Of a DNA stretch of 64,000 nucleotides, positions 29,992 through 40,638 are shown in pieces (positions within the stretch are counted from its first letter, which is position 1; every line of letters begins with the position of its first letter). Both the position numbers and the translations under genes were made by a program. The DNA comes from an uncultured delta proteobacterium. GTDB taxonomy: Bacteria; Myxococcota; Myxococcia; Myxococcales; Myxococcaceae. The notes under the pieces were generated by a model. That model was given only the letters and a program-made list of their open reading frames with translations. It did not search any database and was not told the origin of the DNA. The stretch is taken from assembly GCA_963796055.1 (NCBI GenBank), contig CAWCKH010000004.1:896001-960000 (forward strand), written 5' to 3'.

Positions 29992-30306
29992 GTGCGCACG
30001 GCGGCGCTCGTCCGTTCCGCTCGGTCGGGCCAGGCCGTTGACGCGGCATCGAACCAGTTCTCAGCCTCGGACTCCGCCCGACTGGCCGACCGATTTTGTG
30101 CTTGGAACCGCCTCCGGCATACCGAACCGGTCGCCGAGGCCGGGGCGGGGGGCCTGCCTGCGCGAATCATCATCGCCAGCTGCGACAACCCGCCCGCGCC
30201 CGAGGCTCGAGGCCAGCGCCGGAGCAGCACGGCGCCGACACGCGCCCGCCCCTGCACCAGAGAACGCCCCCCGCGGCAGGGAGCGGGACCACACCATCGG
30301 GACAGC

Positions 30307-31041
30307 TCAGTCGATCAGCCGGAACCGCTCGCCCAGGTAGACGCTCCGCGCCCGTGGCGACTCTGCCAGGGTACGCGGCGTCCCCTCCTCGATCACCTGC
30401 CCCTGGGCGATCAGATACGCCCGATCCACGATCCGCAGCGTGTCCTGCACGTTGTGGTCGGTGATGAGCACGCCCAGTCCCCGCTCCTTGAGCCGCGCGA
30501 TCTGCCGCTGCAGATCGCCGACGTTGATCGGATCCACCCCGGCGAAAGGCTCGTCGAAGAGCATGAACCGCGGGGAGGGGATCAGCGACCGAGCGATCTC
30601 CGCCCGGCGGCGCTCACCGCCCGAGAGCTGCTCGCCGAGCGACTCGGCCACGGTGACCAGCCCGAACTCCTCGAGGAGCGCCTGCGCCCGGGCCTCCCGC
30701 GCCGCACGGCCCAGCGCATGGTCCAGCTCGAGCACCGCCAGGAAGTTCTGCCGGACGGTGAGCCGGCGGAAGATGGACGGCTCCTGCGGCAGATACCCGA
30801 GGCCCGCCCGCGCCCGGCGGTGGATGGGGAGCCCGGTGAGCTCCCTGTCACCGATCCACACCCGGCCGGCCTCCGCGGGGACCAGCCCCACCACCATGTT
30901 GAAGGTCGTGGTCTTCCCTGCCCCGTTGGGACCCAGCAGCCCGACGATCTCTCCCGGCGCGACCTCGAGTCGCACCCCGTCCACCACCCGCCGGCGGCGG
31001 TAGCTCTTCACCAGGCCCTCGGCGAGCAGCCGGTCCTGCAT
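30307..31041 (-). CDS. lptB: LPS export ABC transporter ATP-binding protein
   Basis: [55 protein letters not shown]. Confidence 0.97.
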   Translation of the reverse strand: MQDRLLAEGLVKSYRRRRVVDGVRLEVAPGEIVGLLGPNGAGKTTTFNMVVGLVPAEAGRVWIGDRELTGLPIHRRARAGLGYLPQEPSIFRRLTVRQNFLAVLELDHALGRAAREARAQALLEEFGLVTVAESLGEQLSGGERRRAEIARSLIPSPRFMLFDEPFAGVDPINVGDLQRQIARLKERGLGVLITDHNVQDTLRIVDRAYLIAQGQVIEEGTPRTLAESPRARSVYLGERFRLID

Positions 31042-31670
31042 CAGGGGACCTTCGCCGGGGGCGCCGGCGCGGGCTTCTTCTGGCCCGGCTCCTTGCCCTT
31101 GGACTCGAGGACGCCCTTCACCCGCTCCACCTCGATGAGGTCGGTGTCCACGTAGAACACCACCCGGTCGCCCTTCATGGTGTTGGTGCCCTGGCGCGCC
31201 TCGGGGTTGCCGGTGAGGATCAGGACCTCCTTCACCGTGTCGTAGTCGGCGTGGTCGCCCCTGGCCCAGCGGTCACCGTCCACCGCCACCACGTTCCCGA
31301 AGCACTCCAGCCGGGTGATCTCCGTGGCGTCCTTCCCCAGGTAGTGGCCGATGGAGCGGTCGCAGGTGAGCGTGGTGGTGTTGCGGACCATCTTCACGTG
31401 CCCGGTGCAGACGAACCGCTGCTGGGAGCCCTCCATCCGACCCTTGTCGCAGTCGACGAACACTGGATTCTCGGGCGTGGCGATCGCCGCACGACTGCCC
31501 TCGGCCGCAGCTGGAGTGCCGGTCTTCCCGGGCCGGGCCGGCACGGACTTCTTGCCCGCGGACGTCTGGGACCGGGCGGGGGTCGCCGTGAGGAGCAAGG
31601 CCAGGGATCCGACCGTGACCCACCGGCCGAAACGCGCGCCAGCGTCCAGCCTCACCCCCCCGCGCCTCAC
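31041..31670 (-). CDS. lptA: LPS transport periplasmic protein LptA/OstA
   Basis: OstA beta-jellyroll pattern (GHVKM, GNVVA, LILTGNP, GDRVVFY); between lptC and lptB; start uncertain. Confidence 0.85.
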   Translation of the reverse strand: MRRGGVRLDAGARFGRWVTVGSLALLLTATPARSQTSAGKKSVPARPGKTGTPAAAEGSRAAIATPENPVFVDCDKGRMEGSQQRFVCTGHVKMVRNTTTLTCDRSIGHYLGKDATEITRLECFGNVVAVDGDRWARGDHADYDTVKEVLILTGNPEARQGTNTMKGDRVVFYVDTDLIEVERVKGVLESKGKEPGQKKPAPAPPAKVP

Positions 31671-32203
31671 AGCGCGCTCACCCGGCTCTGCACCCGATCG
31701 AACTCGTACAGGTCCTCGCGCAGATGCAGGTCGAATCCCTGCGCCCGGAGCCAGTACCCGTTCGGGCCCTTGACCTCGACCGGGCTCGTCCCGGTGGCGT
31801 GCATGGTGGGGGAGTCCAGGTGCGCGCGCTCGGTCCACCCCTGCAGCCCGGTGGGCGTCCGCAGCTGCACCCCACCCCACACGTCGATGCCGTTGGAGAG
31901 GAGATTGCCCCGCGCAGCTCGGGTCTCGATGCGGGTCGCGGGCGGTAGCCGCCCGGTGGACGCCGTCGCCTCGCGGGTGAGCACGTCGAGCGTTCCCGGG
32001 CCGGAGAGCACGTCGGCCGACGCGCGCTCGTACGCCATGCTCTCCGAGCGGCCCACCGCGGTCAGCACCGAGCCCCGGTAGCTGCGCAGCCGGACCTCGT
32101 GCAGGGTCACCTCGGGCGGCGCCGGGCCGTCGTCCTTCGGCGGCGAACCGCAGGCGGCGATCAGGAGCAGGATTGCGAGCGGGAACCTCACCGGCACCCT
32201 CAA
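31667..32203 (-). CDS. lptC: LptC-like LPS export protein
   Basis: N-terminal anchor (IAAC), beta-rich body, position upstream of lptA-lptB. Confidence 0.7.
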   Translation of the reverse strand: MRVPVRFPLAILLLIAACGSPPKDDGPAPPEVTLHEVRLRSYRGSVLTAVGRSESMAYERASADVLSGPGTLDVLTREATASTGRLPPATRIETRAARGNLLSNGIDVWGGVQLRTPTGLQGWTERAHLDSPTMHATGTSPVEVKGPNGYWLRAQGFDLHLREDLYEFDRVQSRVSAL

Positions 32204-32207
32204 CGGC

Positions 32208-33113
32208 CTAGCACGCTTTGGTCTTCCATCGCTGGTGCATCCAGACCCACTGCTCGGGGTGGGCGCGGATGGCGGCCTCGATGGGGGCGGTGAGCCGGGC
32301 GGTCAGCTCCACCGCGTCGCGCTCGGCATCCCCGGTGCGGGGCACCTCCACCTCCTCCGAGCTGAGCTGGTAGGTCCCGTCCTCGCGCTTGTGCACCAGG
32401 CAGACCACCGCCGCGGCCCCGGTGCGCAGGACCAGGTCTGCCGCCGCGCGCGGGGTGGCCGCCGGACGCCCGAAGAAGGGGACGAAGACGTTCTGCACGT
32501 TGGTGTCCTGGTCGATGAGCATCGCCAGCAGCTCGCCCTTCCGGAGCGCCTTCAGCAGCGCCACCGCCGCCCCCGGCTGCCCGCGCCAGATGGCCCGCAG
32601 CCCGCCCCGGGCCCGGAAGCGGTCCATCAGCCGGGTGAGGCGCGGGTCGACGTTCTCCTTCCCCACCGCGTGCAGGGGCAACCCATGGCGGACCACGCCC
32701 CAGCCCTGCAGCTCCCAGTTGCCGAAGTGCGCGCCCACCACCACCACGCCCTTGCCTCGCGCGTAGGCCCGATCCAGCGCCGCGAGCGCATCCCCCGAGG
32801 AGTCCACCAGCCGGTCGAACCTGTCACCCAGCCGGGGGGCGACGGCCATCTCCAGCACCGCGGTGCCCAGGTGCCGGAAGCACCGCCGGGCCAGCGTGCG
32901 CCGGGCCTCCTCGGACATCTCCGGAAAGGCCACCGAGAGGCTGGCCATCGCCTTGCTCCGCTCACCGGGGGCGAGGTGGAACGCCGCGCTCCCCAGCGCC
33001 CGCCCGAGCGCCTGGGCCCAGCCGAGCGGGAGGAGACCGACCAGCGCGAGCGCGGCGCGGAGGAGCCCGTAGCGGAGGGTTCGCTTCAGGCGCTTGGACA
33101 GGGGTGGTGCCAC
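32208..33113 (-). CDS. Lipid A late acyltransferase (LpxL/HtrB family)
   Basis: AHFGNWE (HX4E), LIDQ, VPFFG, PEQWVWMHQRWK. Confidence 0.93.
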   Translation of the reverse strand: MAPPLSKRLKRTLRYGLLRAALALVGLLPLGWAQALGRALGSAAFHLAPGERSKAMASLSVAFPEMSEEARRTLARRCFRHLGTAVLEMAVAPRLGDRFDRLVDSSGDALAALDRAYARGKGVVVVGAHFGNWELQGWGVVRHGLPLHAVGKENVDPRLTRLMDRFRARGGLRAIWRGQPGAAVALLKALRKGELLAMLIDQDTNVQNVFVPFFGRPAATPRAAADLVLRTGAAAVVCLVHKREDGTYQLSSEEVEVPRTGDAERDAVELTARLTAPIEAAIRAHPEQWVWMHQRWKTKAC

Positions 33114-33135
33114 CGTGGGAAACGAGGGGACTCAT

Positions 33136-34471
33136 ATGGCACAGCGGGAGTGGAACTTCGACGGACTGGTGGGCCCCACCCACAACTACGCCGGGCTCTC
33201 GCCGGGGAACCTCGCCTCGCAGACGCACGAGGGCAGCATCTCCAACCCGCGCGAGGCGGCGCTGCAGGGGCTGGAGAAGATGCGCTTCGTCGCCGGACTG
33301 GGGGTGGGCCAGGCCGTGCTCCCGCCGCACCCGCGGCCGTCGCTGCGGACCCTGCGCGCGCTGGGCTACGTGGGCAGCGACGAGCAGGTGCTGGCGCAGG
33401 TGATGACCGAGGACGAGTTCCTCCTCCGGCTGTGCTCGAGCGCCGCGGCGATGTGGACCGCCAACGCCGCCACCTGCGCGCCGTCGAGCGACGCCGCCGA
33501 CGGCCGGATGCACCTCACCGTCGCCAATCTCCAGGCGATGTTCCACCGGGTGCTGGAGGGCGAGACGACGCACGCCGTCCTCCGGGCCATCTTCTCCGAC
33601 CAGCGTCGCTTCGCGGTGCACGCCCCGCTGCCCGGCGGTGGCCACTTCGCCGACGAGGGCGCGGCGAACCACGTCCGCCTCGCGGTCGAGGGCCGTCCGG
33701 CGATGCACCTCTTCGCCTGGGGCCGGAGCACCTGGCACCCGGTGAAGGGACCGGACCGCTTCCCGGCGCGGCAGACGCTCGAGGCCTCGCACGCGCATCG
33801 CCCGGCTGCACCAGCTCCACCCGGACGCGTGCCTCTTCCCGCAGCAGTCGCCGGCCGGCATCGACGGCGGCGCCTTCCACACCGACGTGCTGGCGGTGGG
33901 CAACGACAGCTTCCTCATGCTGCACGAGGAGGCGTTCGTCGCCGTCGAGCCGCTCTTGCAGACGCTGCGCAACCGGCTCGGGGACGGCTTCCGCTGGGCG
34001 ATGGCCAGCTCCCGCGAGCTGCCGGTCTCCGAGGCGGTATTCGGTTACCCGTTCAACAGCCAGGTGCTGACCTTGCCGGACGGGACGATGTGCATCGTTG
34101 CGCCCATCGAGTCGCGGCAGCGGCCGAGGCCGCGTGCGTTCCTGGAGCGGGTGGTGGCCGAGGAGAATCCGGTGAAGCAGGTGCACTACCTGGACGTGCG
34201 CCAGTCGATGAACAACGGCGGCGGTCCGGCCTGCCTGCGCCAGCGCATCCGACTCACCGAGGAGGAGCGGGCGGCGGTGAAGGCGCGGGTGTTCCTCGAC
34301 GCCGCGCTGGGCGCAGATCTCGAGGCGTGGATCCGCAGGCACTACCGGGACCGGCTGGGCGTGAAGGACCTCGCGGACCCGGCGCTGGCCCGGGAGTCGA
34401 TGACCGCGCTCGACGAGCTCACGCAGATCCTCGGGCTGGGCAGCGTGTACGACTTCCAGCAGACGGCCTGA
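33136..34471 (+). CDS. astB: N-succinylarginine dihydrolase, frameshift near 33796
   Basis: NFDGLVGPTHNYAGLS, DEGAANH, SMNNGGGPACLR; two frames joined at EASHA/IARLH. Confidence 0.92.
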
Positions 34472-34484
34472 CGACTCGTCCCGG

Positions 34485-35066
34485 TCACTCGGTCGTCGAG
34501 GGGGAGCCACGGAGCTGCGGCTGACAGGCGGTGCCGAAGACGGCGGCCTCCGCGCAGTACGTCGCGTCGAGGTGCCCGGAGAGGTGCTCGGCGGCAAAGC
34601 TCAGGTCCACCGAGAGGACGGTGTGCGCGCCGGCCTGCGGCAGCCCGACGCTCTCCACGGTCGCGTTGCCGCTGGTGGGACCGAGCGAGCCAAAGGTGAG
34701 GCACTCCCTGGTCCAGAACAGGATGGCGAACGAGTACAGGCCGGCGCTGCTGACGGGGGCGTTGCGGGCGACGAGCGTGTAGCTCCCTGTGACCAGCGGC
34801 TGGACCGAGGACCCGTTCCAGTTGGCGAGAACCAGCTCCAGGAGGTTCATCTCGTTCGACGGTTTCTGCTGCCCGTTGAGGATGGCGCAGAGGTTCTCTT
34901 GATCGGCGGCGGCGACGAAGACCTCGCCGTCCCCCAGCGGGACGAACACCGCCTCCTTCACCGAGACCTCGTGGCCTCCGACCTTGCCGTCGAGCGAGCC
35001 CGCTCCTCCCGAACCGCACCCCAGCAGGACCGACGTGGCGGCGACGACGACGCTCGTCCTCGACAT
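34485..35066 (-). CDS. Hypothetical lipoprotein
   Basis: LLGC lipobox; four further Cys residues. Confidence 0.7.
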   Translation of the reverse strand: MSRTSVVVAATSVLLGCGSGGAGSLDGKVGGHEVSVKEAVFVPLGDGEVFVAAADQENLCAILNGQQKPSNEMNLLELVLANWNGSSVQPLVTGSYTLVARNAPVSSAGLYSFAILFWTRECLTFGSLGPTSGNATVESVGLPQAGAHTVLSVDLSFAAEHLSGHLDATYCAEAAVFGTACQPQLRGSPSTTE

Positions 35067-35090
35067 GGTTCCCCCCAGCCGGCTCCGAGC

Positions 35091-35657
35091 CTAGCCTGAC
35101 GCCGGCGGACGTGCTCCTCGCGCCGCCGCCGCGGCCTCCGGGCGCCACCCGGGGAGGTAGGAGACGGCCAGGGCCACCAGCGCCCCTCCGACCACCGCGA
35201 GGATGCGGTCCAGCGCGAAGCGGAGCTCCTGGGGCTGGCCCACGTGCCCCTCGGGCCGGATGAGCAGCACCGCGCAGCAGACGCAGGCAGGCCGGAGCCC
35301 GTCCTCCAGGCCGAAGGCAGCGCACAGGGTGCACGTCACCACCAAGGCGAGGAGGAAGGCCGGCGTGCCGTCCAGTCCGATCGAGACCGCGCCCACGCTC
35401 GCCGCCGCCCCGAGCAGCGTGGCGACGAAGCGGTTCACGCTGTGCTTCCGCGTGGCCACGGGATCCGGCTGGAGCACCAGGATGGCGGAGATGATCGCCC
35501 ACGGCCCGGACAGGTGCAGGGCACGGGCGAGGAGCCCGGTGACGATGGCGGTGAAGACCAGCCGCGCCTCGTAGGCGCGCGGCGACCAGGCCATGACCGC
35601 TGCGCGCAGCGCCTCGACCACCTTCTTCCGGGCCTCGGGGTGCGCGTTTGGGTTCAT
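35091..35657 (-). CDS. FUSC/aromatic-acid-exporter family membrane protein
   Basis: WAIISAILVLQP, NRFVATLLGA, RILAVVGG pattern. Confidence 0.8.
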   Translation of the reverse strand: MNPNAHPEARKKVVEALRAAVMAWSPRAYEARLVFTAIVTGLLARALHLSGPWAIISAILVLQPDPVATRKHSVNRFVATLLGAAASVGAVSIGLDGTPAFLLALVVTCTLCAAFGLEDGLRPACVCCAVLLIRPEGHVGQPQELRFALDRILAVVGGALVALAVSYLPGWRPEAAAAARGARPPASG

Positions 35658-35667
35658 CCGCAGCGAG

Positions 35668-38247
35668 CTATCGGGCCTGAGCCCGGCGTGGCGCGGGGCG
35701 CTCGGAGCCGGCGTCGGGTGGCTCGAGCCCCTCGAGACCGCGGGCCGGGTCGAGCGCCCGCATCGTCTCGGTGTCGATGGCCGTCCGGAGCCGCTCCATC
35801 CACGCCTGGGTCGCCCGGGTCCGCGGGCTGGCCGGAGAGCGAGACCGCGGTCTCGACCTCGTGGAGCGCCTCGTGCGGCCGCTTGAGGTTCTCGTACAGC
35901 TCGGCGGCCTGGCGGTGGAGGCCGGGCTCGCCGGGGGAGAGGCGCATGGCGGTCTGGACCAGGTCGAGCGCGCGGCCGTAGCGGCCCTCGACGCGGTAGG
36001 TCTCGGCCTGGGCGAGGACCAGGCGGGTGCGGGGGCCGCCGGCGCCGAGGAAGGGCTGGATGCGCTCCAGGGCGGCGCGGGCCAGGGCGGGTCGGCCCTC
36101 GGCGACGAGGTACCCGGCGAGGGCGAAGGCGATCTCGGCGTCGCCGGGCTTGCGGGCGACGGCGGACTCGAGGGTGCGGATGGCCTCGCGGCGGCGGCCG
36201 AGCGCGGCGAGGGCCTCGGCGCGGGGGAGGGCCACGTCCTGTCCGGCCTGCTCGGCGTTGTCGAGGAGGACGAGCGCGCCGGCCGGGTCGCCGGTCTGCA
36301 GCCGCATGCGGGCCGCGGTGACGCTCGAGCGCGGCGGCCTCGGGGCGCCCGTCGAAGGCGAGCAGGGCGCGGTCGAGGAGCCCGCGCGCGTCGTCGAAGC
36401 GGCCGCGCTTCCAGAGCTCGGTGACGAGCAGGTCGACGTGCGACGGGGTCTCGCCGACCAGGTTCCACAGCGCGTCGACGTCGCGGGCGCGGGGGAGCGC
36501 CTCGGCGAGGACGGCGGCGGTCTCGGCGCCGGACTCGAGCGCGAGCCGCTCCTCGACCAGGGCCTGGGCGGGGGCGCCGAGCTGGAACAGGGCGCGGGCC
36601 ACGACGCGGTGGGTGTCGGGGTCGAGCGGCTGGAGGAACAGGGCGCGGTTGAGCCAGGCGAGCGCGACGCGGGGCTGTCCGCCGGGGCGGGTGGCCTCGG
36701 TCCATCCGGCGATGCGGTAGAGGACGGCGTCGGCGGGGTGGCGGTCGACGAGGGCGCGGGCCTCGGTGCGGACGCTGGCGGCGTTGCCCGTGGCGTGGGC
36801 GGCGAGCCGGGCCTCGGCGCGGGCGGTCGAGTCGGCGCCGCGGACGAGCCCGAGGACGGCGAGGAGCGCCACGGCGGCGAGGCCGGCGAGCGCGGGGGTG
36901 CGCTGGAGAGGCCGCTCGTTCCGCGCGACCCAGGAGCCGGAGGCGATGCCCAGGGCGACGGCGGCGGCGGTGGCGCAGGCGGGCAGCTCGAGGGCGAAGT
37001 CGAAGAGGTCGTGGAGGACGAGCGCGCCCACGCCGGCCCAGGCGGCGAGGACGAGGGGGCCGTTGCCGGCGCGGGCGGTCTTGACCGTGGCCCAGGCGGC
37101 GAGCGCGACGAGGCCGAGGGTGGCGGGGATGCCGAGCTCGGTGGCGAGCTGGAGGGGGAGGTTCTCCGGGTACTCGAAGGTGAAGACGAGGCGTGGAGTG
37201 GGGGGTCTGCCAGCGCGGGAAGGCGACGGCGAAGGTGCCGCGGCCGAGGCCGGTGAGCCAGGCGGCGACCGCGGGCCGGGAGAACATGGGCCACAGGTCG
37301 ACCTTGGAGCTCTGCAGCTTCTCCAGGGTATCGACCGTGGCGAGCCTGGCGCCGATACGGTCCAGGGCGAGGTAGCCGGCGACGAAGGCCACGGTGCCCA
37401 CGGCGAGGGCGACGGGGATGGCCCGGCCGCCGGTGGTGCCGCGGGCGTCGCGGCGACGGAGGAGCAGGAGGAGGAAGGCGAGCTGTCCGGCGCACCAGAA
37501 GGCGATGCCGCCGCGGGAGAGGGAGAGGAAGGCGGCGGCGCCGACGGCGACGGCGGCGGCGAGCCAGAGGGCCTGGCGGGGGCGGTTGGGGTGGCTCTCG
37601 GCGGCGAGGCCGAGGAGGAGGGCGGAGGCGAGGGTGGCGAAGGCGGCGAGGTGGTTGGGGTTGCCGAAGGGGGTGAGGAACGGGAGCTGGCCGTTCTGGA
37701 ATCGGTGCAGTCCGAAGAGGGTTGAAGCGTCGGCGAGGGCGTGGCCGAAGCCGATGAGGGCGACGGCGAGGCCGGTGAGGCCGATCCCGGCGGCGAGGTG
37801 GCGGCGGCTGGTGCGCGAGCGGCAGAGCCCGGCGGCGGCGGTGAGGGCGGCGGCGGCGGCGAGCGAGCCGGTGAGCGCGGCGGCGGTGGCGGGCGGGTCG
37901 TGGGAGAGCGGGCGCCAGCCGTCGAGGCCGAGCGGGACGAGGGCGAAGGCGCGGAGCTCGCCCATGGGCGGGCTGAGGAGGGCGAGGAGCCCGGGCGGGA
38001 GCGGGACGAGCTGGAGGGCGCAGAGGCCGGCGACGCCGAGTGGAAGGAGCGCGAGTGGCGGAACGACGAGGCGGCCCGAGTCGGAGGCGACGAGGAGCCC
38101 CAGGGCGGTGGCGGACAGCAGGGTGGCGAGGACCGCGGCGCCGGGTGGGGCGCCTCCGAGCCAGAGCGTGGGTCCGGCCACGGCGGCCACGAGGGCGACG
38201 GTGGCGGCGCGGCGGAGTGGCTCGGTCCTTCGGGAGGGCTGCGCCAT
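35668..38247 (-). CDS. O-antigen ligase/Wzy_C-family membrane protein with C-terminal TPR-like region, frameshifts near 37195, 36325, 35825
   Basis: PFGNPNHLA, LSLSRGG, GLGRGTF, YPENLPLQLATELG, LHDLFDF; TPR-like Ala/Leu helices; three frame switches return to the starting frame. Confidence 0.8.
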   Translation of the reverse strand: MAQPSRRTEPLRRAATVALVAAVAGPTLWLGGAPPGAAVLATLLSATALGLLVASDSGRLVVPPLALLPLGVAGLCALQLVPLPPGLLALLSPPMGELRAFALVPLGLDGWRPLSHDPPATAAALTGSLAAAAALTAAAGLCRSRTSRRHLAAGIGLTGLAVALIGFGHALADASTLFGLHRFQNGQLPFLTPFGNPNHLAAFATLASALLLGLAAESHPNRPRQALWLAAAVAVGAAAFLSLSRGGIAFWCAGQLAFLLLLLRRRDARGTTGGRAIPVALAVGTVAFVAGYLALDRIGARLATVDTLEKLQSSKVDLWPMFSRPAVAAWLTGLGRGTFAVAFPRWQTPHSTPRLHLRVPGEPPPPARHRARHPRHPRPRRARRLGHGQDRPRRQRPPRPRRLGRRGRARPPRPLRLRPRAARLRHRRRRRPGHRLRLLGRAERAASPAHPRARRPRRRGAPRRPRARPRRRLDRPRRGPARRPRHGQRRQRPHRGPRPRRPPPRRRRPLPHRRMDRGHPPRRTAPRRARLAQPRPVPPAARPRHPPRRGPRPVPARRPRPGPGRGAARARVRRRDRRRPRRGAPPRPRRRRAVEPGRRDPVARRPARHRALEARPLRRRARAPRPRPARLRRAPRGRRARASPRPACGCRPATRPARSSSSTTPSRPDRTWPSPAPRPSPRSAAAARPSAPSSPPSPASPATPRSPSPSPGTSSPRADPPWPAPPWSASSPSSAPAAPAPAWSSPRPRPTASRAATAARSTWSRPPCASPPASPASTARPPSCTRTSSGRTRRSTRSRPRSRSPASPRTRATQAWMERLRTAIDTETMRALDPARGLEGLEPPDAGSERPAPRRAQAR

Positions 38248-38285
38248 GGACGGAGGGAAGACGCCCATGCTACGCGACCCGGCCC

Positions 38286-38588
38286 ATGTCTCGGTATTTC
38301 CTCTGGGCGTCGGTGCTGTGCGTGCTGGTCTTCGGACCGGCGTGCAAGGGCGACTGCCGGAAGCTCGCGGAGAAGCTCTGCCACTGCGCGGCGAACACCT
38401 CGGACAAGAACCTCTGCATCTCGAACGCGGCGACGGAGCAGGGCCGGGTGGGCACGACGCCCGCGGACGAGCAGCTCTGCGCGACCCTGTACGACGGGTG
38501 TGACTGCCACACCATCAACACGCCGCAGGGAAGAGTGGCCTGTGGGATTGCCCGGCCGCCGCCGGATGGCGGCGTGGTGGGCGGGTAG
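38286..38588 (+). CDS. Small cysteine-rich lipoprotein
   Basis: GPAC lipobox-like; 8 further Cys in an ~80-aa mature part, including two CxC. Confidence 0.75.
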   Translation: MSRYFLWASVLCVLVFGPACKGDCRKLAEKLCHCAANTSDKNLCISNAATEQGRVGTTPADEQLCATLYDGCDCHTINTPQGRVACGIARPPPDGGVVGG

Positions 38589-39696
38589 TCAGGAGCGGTA
38601 GGCCTCGAGGCAGCGCCGCACCACGCTGGACCACTGGAAGTGCTCGAGCATGCGGGCGCGGGCGGCGGCGCCCATGGCCTCGGCGCGGGCGTGGTCGGTG
38701 CAGAGGGTGACCAGCGCGGTGCGCAGGGCCGCGAGGTCGTCCGGAGGCACGACGAATCCGGTGACTCCGTCGACCACGGCCTCGGGCATCGAGGCCACGT
38801 CGGTGCAGATGGCGGGGATGCCGCAGGCCATGCCCTCGAGGAGCGTCTGTCCCATGAGCTCGGGGACCTTGGTCTCGTTGCCGTATCGGTCGCGGTAGAG
38901 GCTGGGGAGGACGACGCAGCGCGAGCGCCGGTAGGTGTCGACCAGCTTCGAGTCGTCCAGGTCGGTGTGAAACTGGACGCGCTTCCCGGCGGCCAGTTCT
39001 TGAAGCAGCGCGAAGTACTTCGGGTCGTAGGGGCGGCCGACGACGTCGAGCGGGAGATCGAGTGGGAGCGCCTCGATGACCCGGTCGATGCCCTTGTGCG
39101 AGAGGAGACGGCCCACGAAGAGCGCGCCGCCGGTCCTGGGCACGCGCGGGTCCGGCGAGAACTTCTCGGTGTCCACGCCGGTGAGAATGACGTGAGACCA
39201 GGGCTGACCTTCCTGGCCCATCACGCGCCGGCTGTACTGGCTGATGTGCAGGTGGCCGTGGAACCAGCGATCGGTCGAGGTATACGACGAGAAGTCCCAC
39301 CCTCCCCCGCCGAGGTCAGTGACGAAGACGCGGCGGCCGGTGAGGCGGCTGGCGAGGGCGGAGAGGCTGGAGACGAGCAGGTGCTGCTGGTGGCAGTGGA
39401 CCACGTCGGCACGGAGGAGCTCTGGGAGGACGCGAATGCTGAGCGGATTGTGGCGGCTGCCGCGCACGTGCCAGGGCTGGCCGAGCACGCGGACCCGGAG
39501 CGGGCCCTCGCGGAAGCGTGCGATCGGCGGACCCGAAGCTCACGAGCGTGGTGTCCACCTCGCGGGCCATGTGCCGCGCAAGCTCCCACGCGTAGCGCTC
39601 GGCTCCGCCGACGATGCCGTCCTTCTCGTCGAAGAGCGCCGGCACGATGTGCAGGACGCGGCCTGGGCTGGACTGGGTGTCGGGCGCGGAGGTCAG
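38589..39696 (-). CDS. GT4 glycosyltransferase, frameshift near 39515, start uncertain
   Basis: GGAERY, FVGRLLSHKG, ELMGQTLLEGMACG. Confidence 0.85.
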
Positions 39697-40638
39697 TGGG
39701 GAGCGAGGTAGAGGACGGCGAAGACCGCCGCAGCGTAGAGCAGCAGGTTCACGATCGTGGGGACGTCCGAGAGGAGGACCTTCTCGGGTGAACCGGTCAC
39801 GTCCCGCCGGTGGACCAGGTACAGGTAGCGCAGGATCCCGTAGAGAACGAAGGGCAGCGTCCACTTGAGCCGGTCCGACCCGACCTTCGCCACCGTGTCC
39901 GGCGCGACGGTGTAGAGCCCGTACGCGAGGATGCACATGCCCGCGACGGTCGCGAGCATCTGATCGAGCAGCGGCAACGAGTACTCACCGAGCGACGGAC
40001 GGTGCTCCGTCGCCCCATCCTCGAGCGAGACCAGCTCCTGCCGCCGCTTGGCCAGAGCGAGGAACAGCGCCAGCAGGAGCGCGCAGAGGAAGAGCCAGCC
40101 GGAGACAGGTACGCTGATCGCCACTGCGCCGGCGAGGATGCGGAGCACGAACCCCGCCGCGATGCAGAGCACGTCGAGGATGACGTGATGCTTCAGCGAC
40201 GAGGGTGTACGCGATCTGCAGGACCAGATACGCGGCTCCGAGCGCCACGAACTTCCACCCGAGCATCAGGCCCAGGTCGAGACCTGCCGCCCAGCAGATC
40301 ACGATGAGGAGGAGCACCGTCCGGGCACGGATCTCCCGCGCGGCGATGGGCCGGAGCGCCTTCTGCGGATGCCTCCGGTCCTCCTCCCGGTCCATCCAGT
40401 CGTTGAAGACGTAGGTCCCGGAGGAGAGAAAGCAGAAGGCGACGAAGGCCAGGAACGCGCGGGCGGCGAGGTCCGGGACGAAGACCGCCTTGGCGAAGAG
40501 CAGCGGCGCGAAGACTGCGAGGTTCTTCGTCCACTGCCTCGGGCGAAGGGCTCGGAACCAGGCCGGCAGCCGGCTGGGCCTCACTGCCACCGGAGCGGGA
40601 AGCTCAGGGGCGTCCGATGCCGAAGTAGACGAAACCAC
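39693..40638 (-). CDS. UbiA-family decaprenyl-phosphate phosphoribosyltransferase-like protein, frameshift near 40200
   Basis: RPRQWTKNL, NDWMDREEDRRHPQKALRPIA, GFVLRILAG, LAKRRQE, YGILRY. Confidence 0.88.

Noticed and set aside
35091..38510. 1139-aa Pro/Ser-rich ORF as one giant protein
   Set aside because: A patchwork of off-frame sequence, the middle of the frameshifted ligase-TPR gene and the FUSC gene
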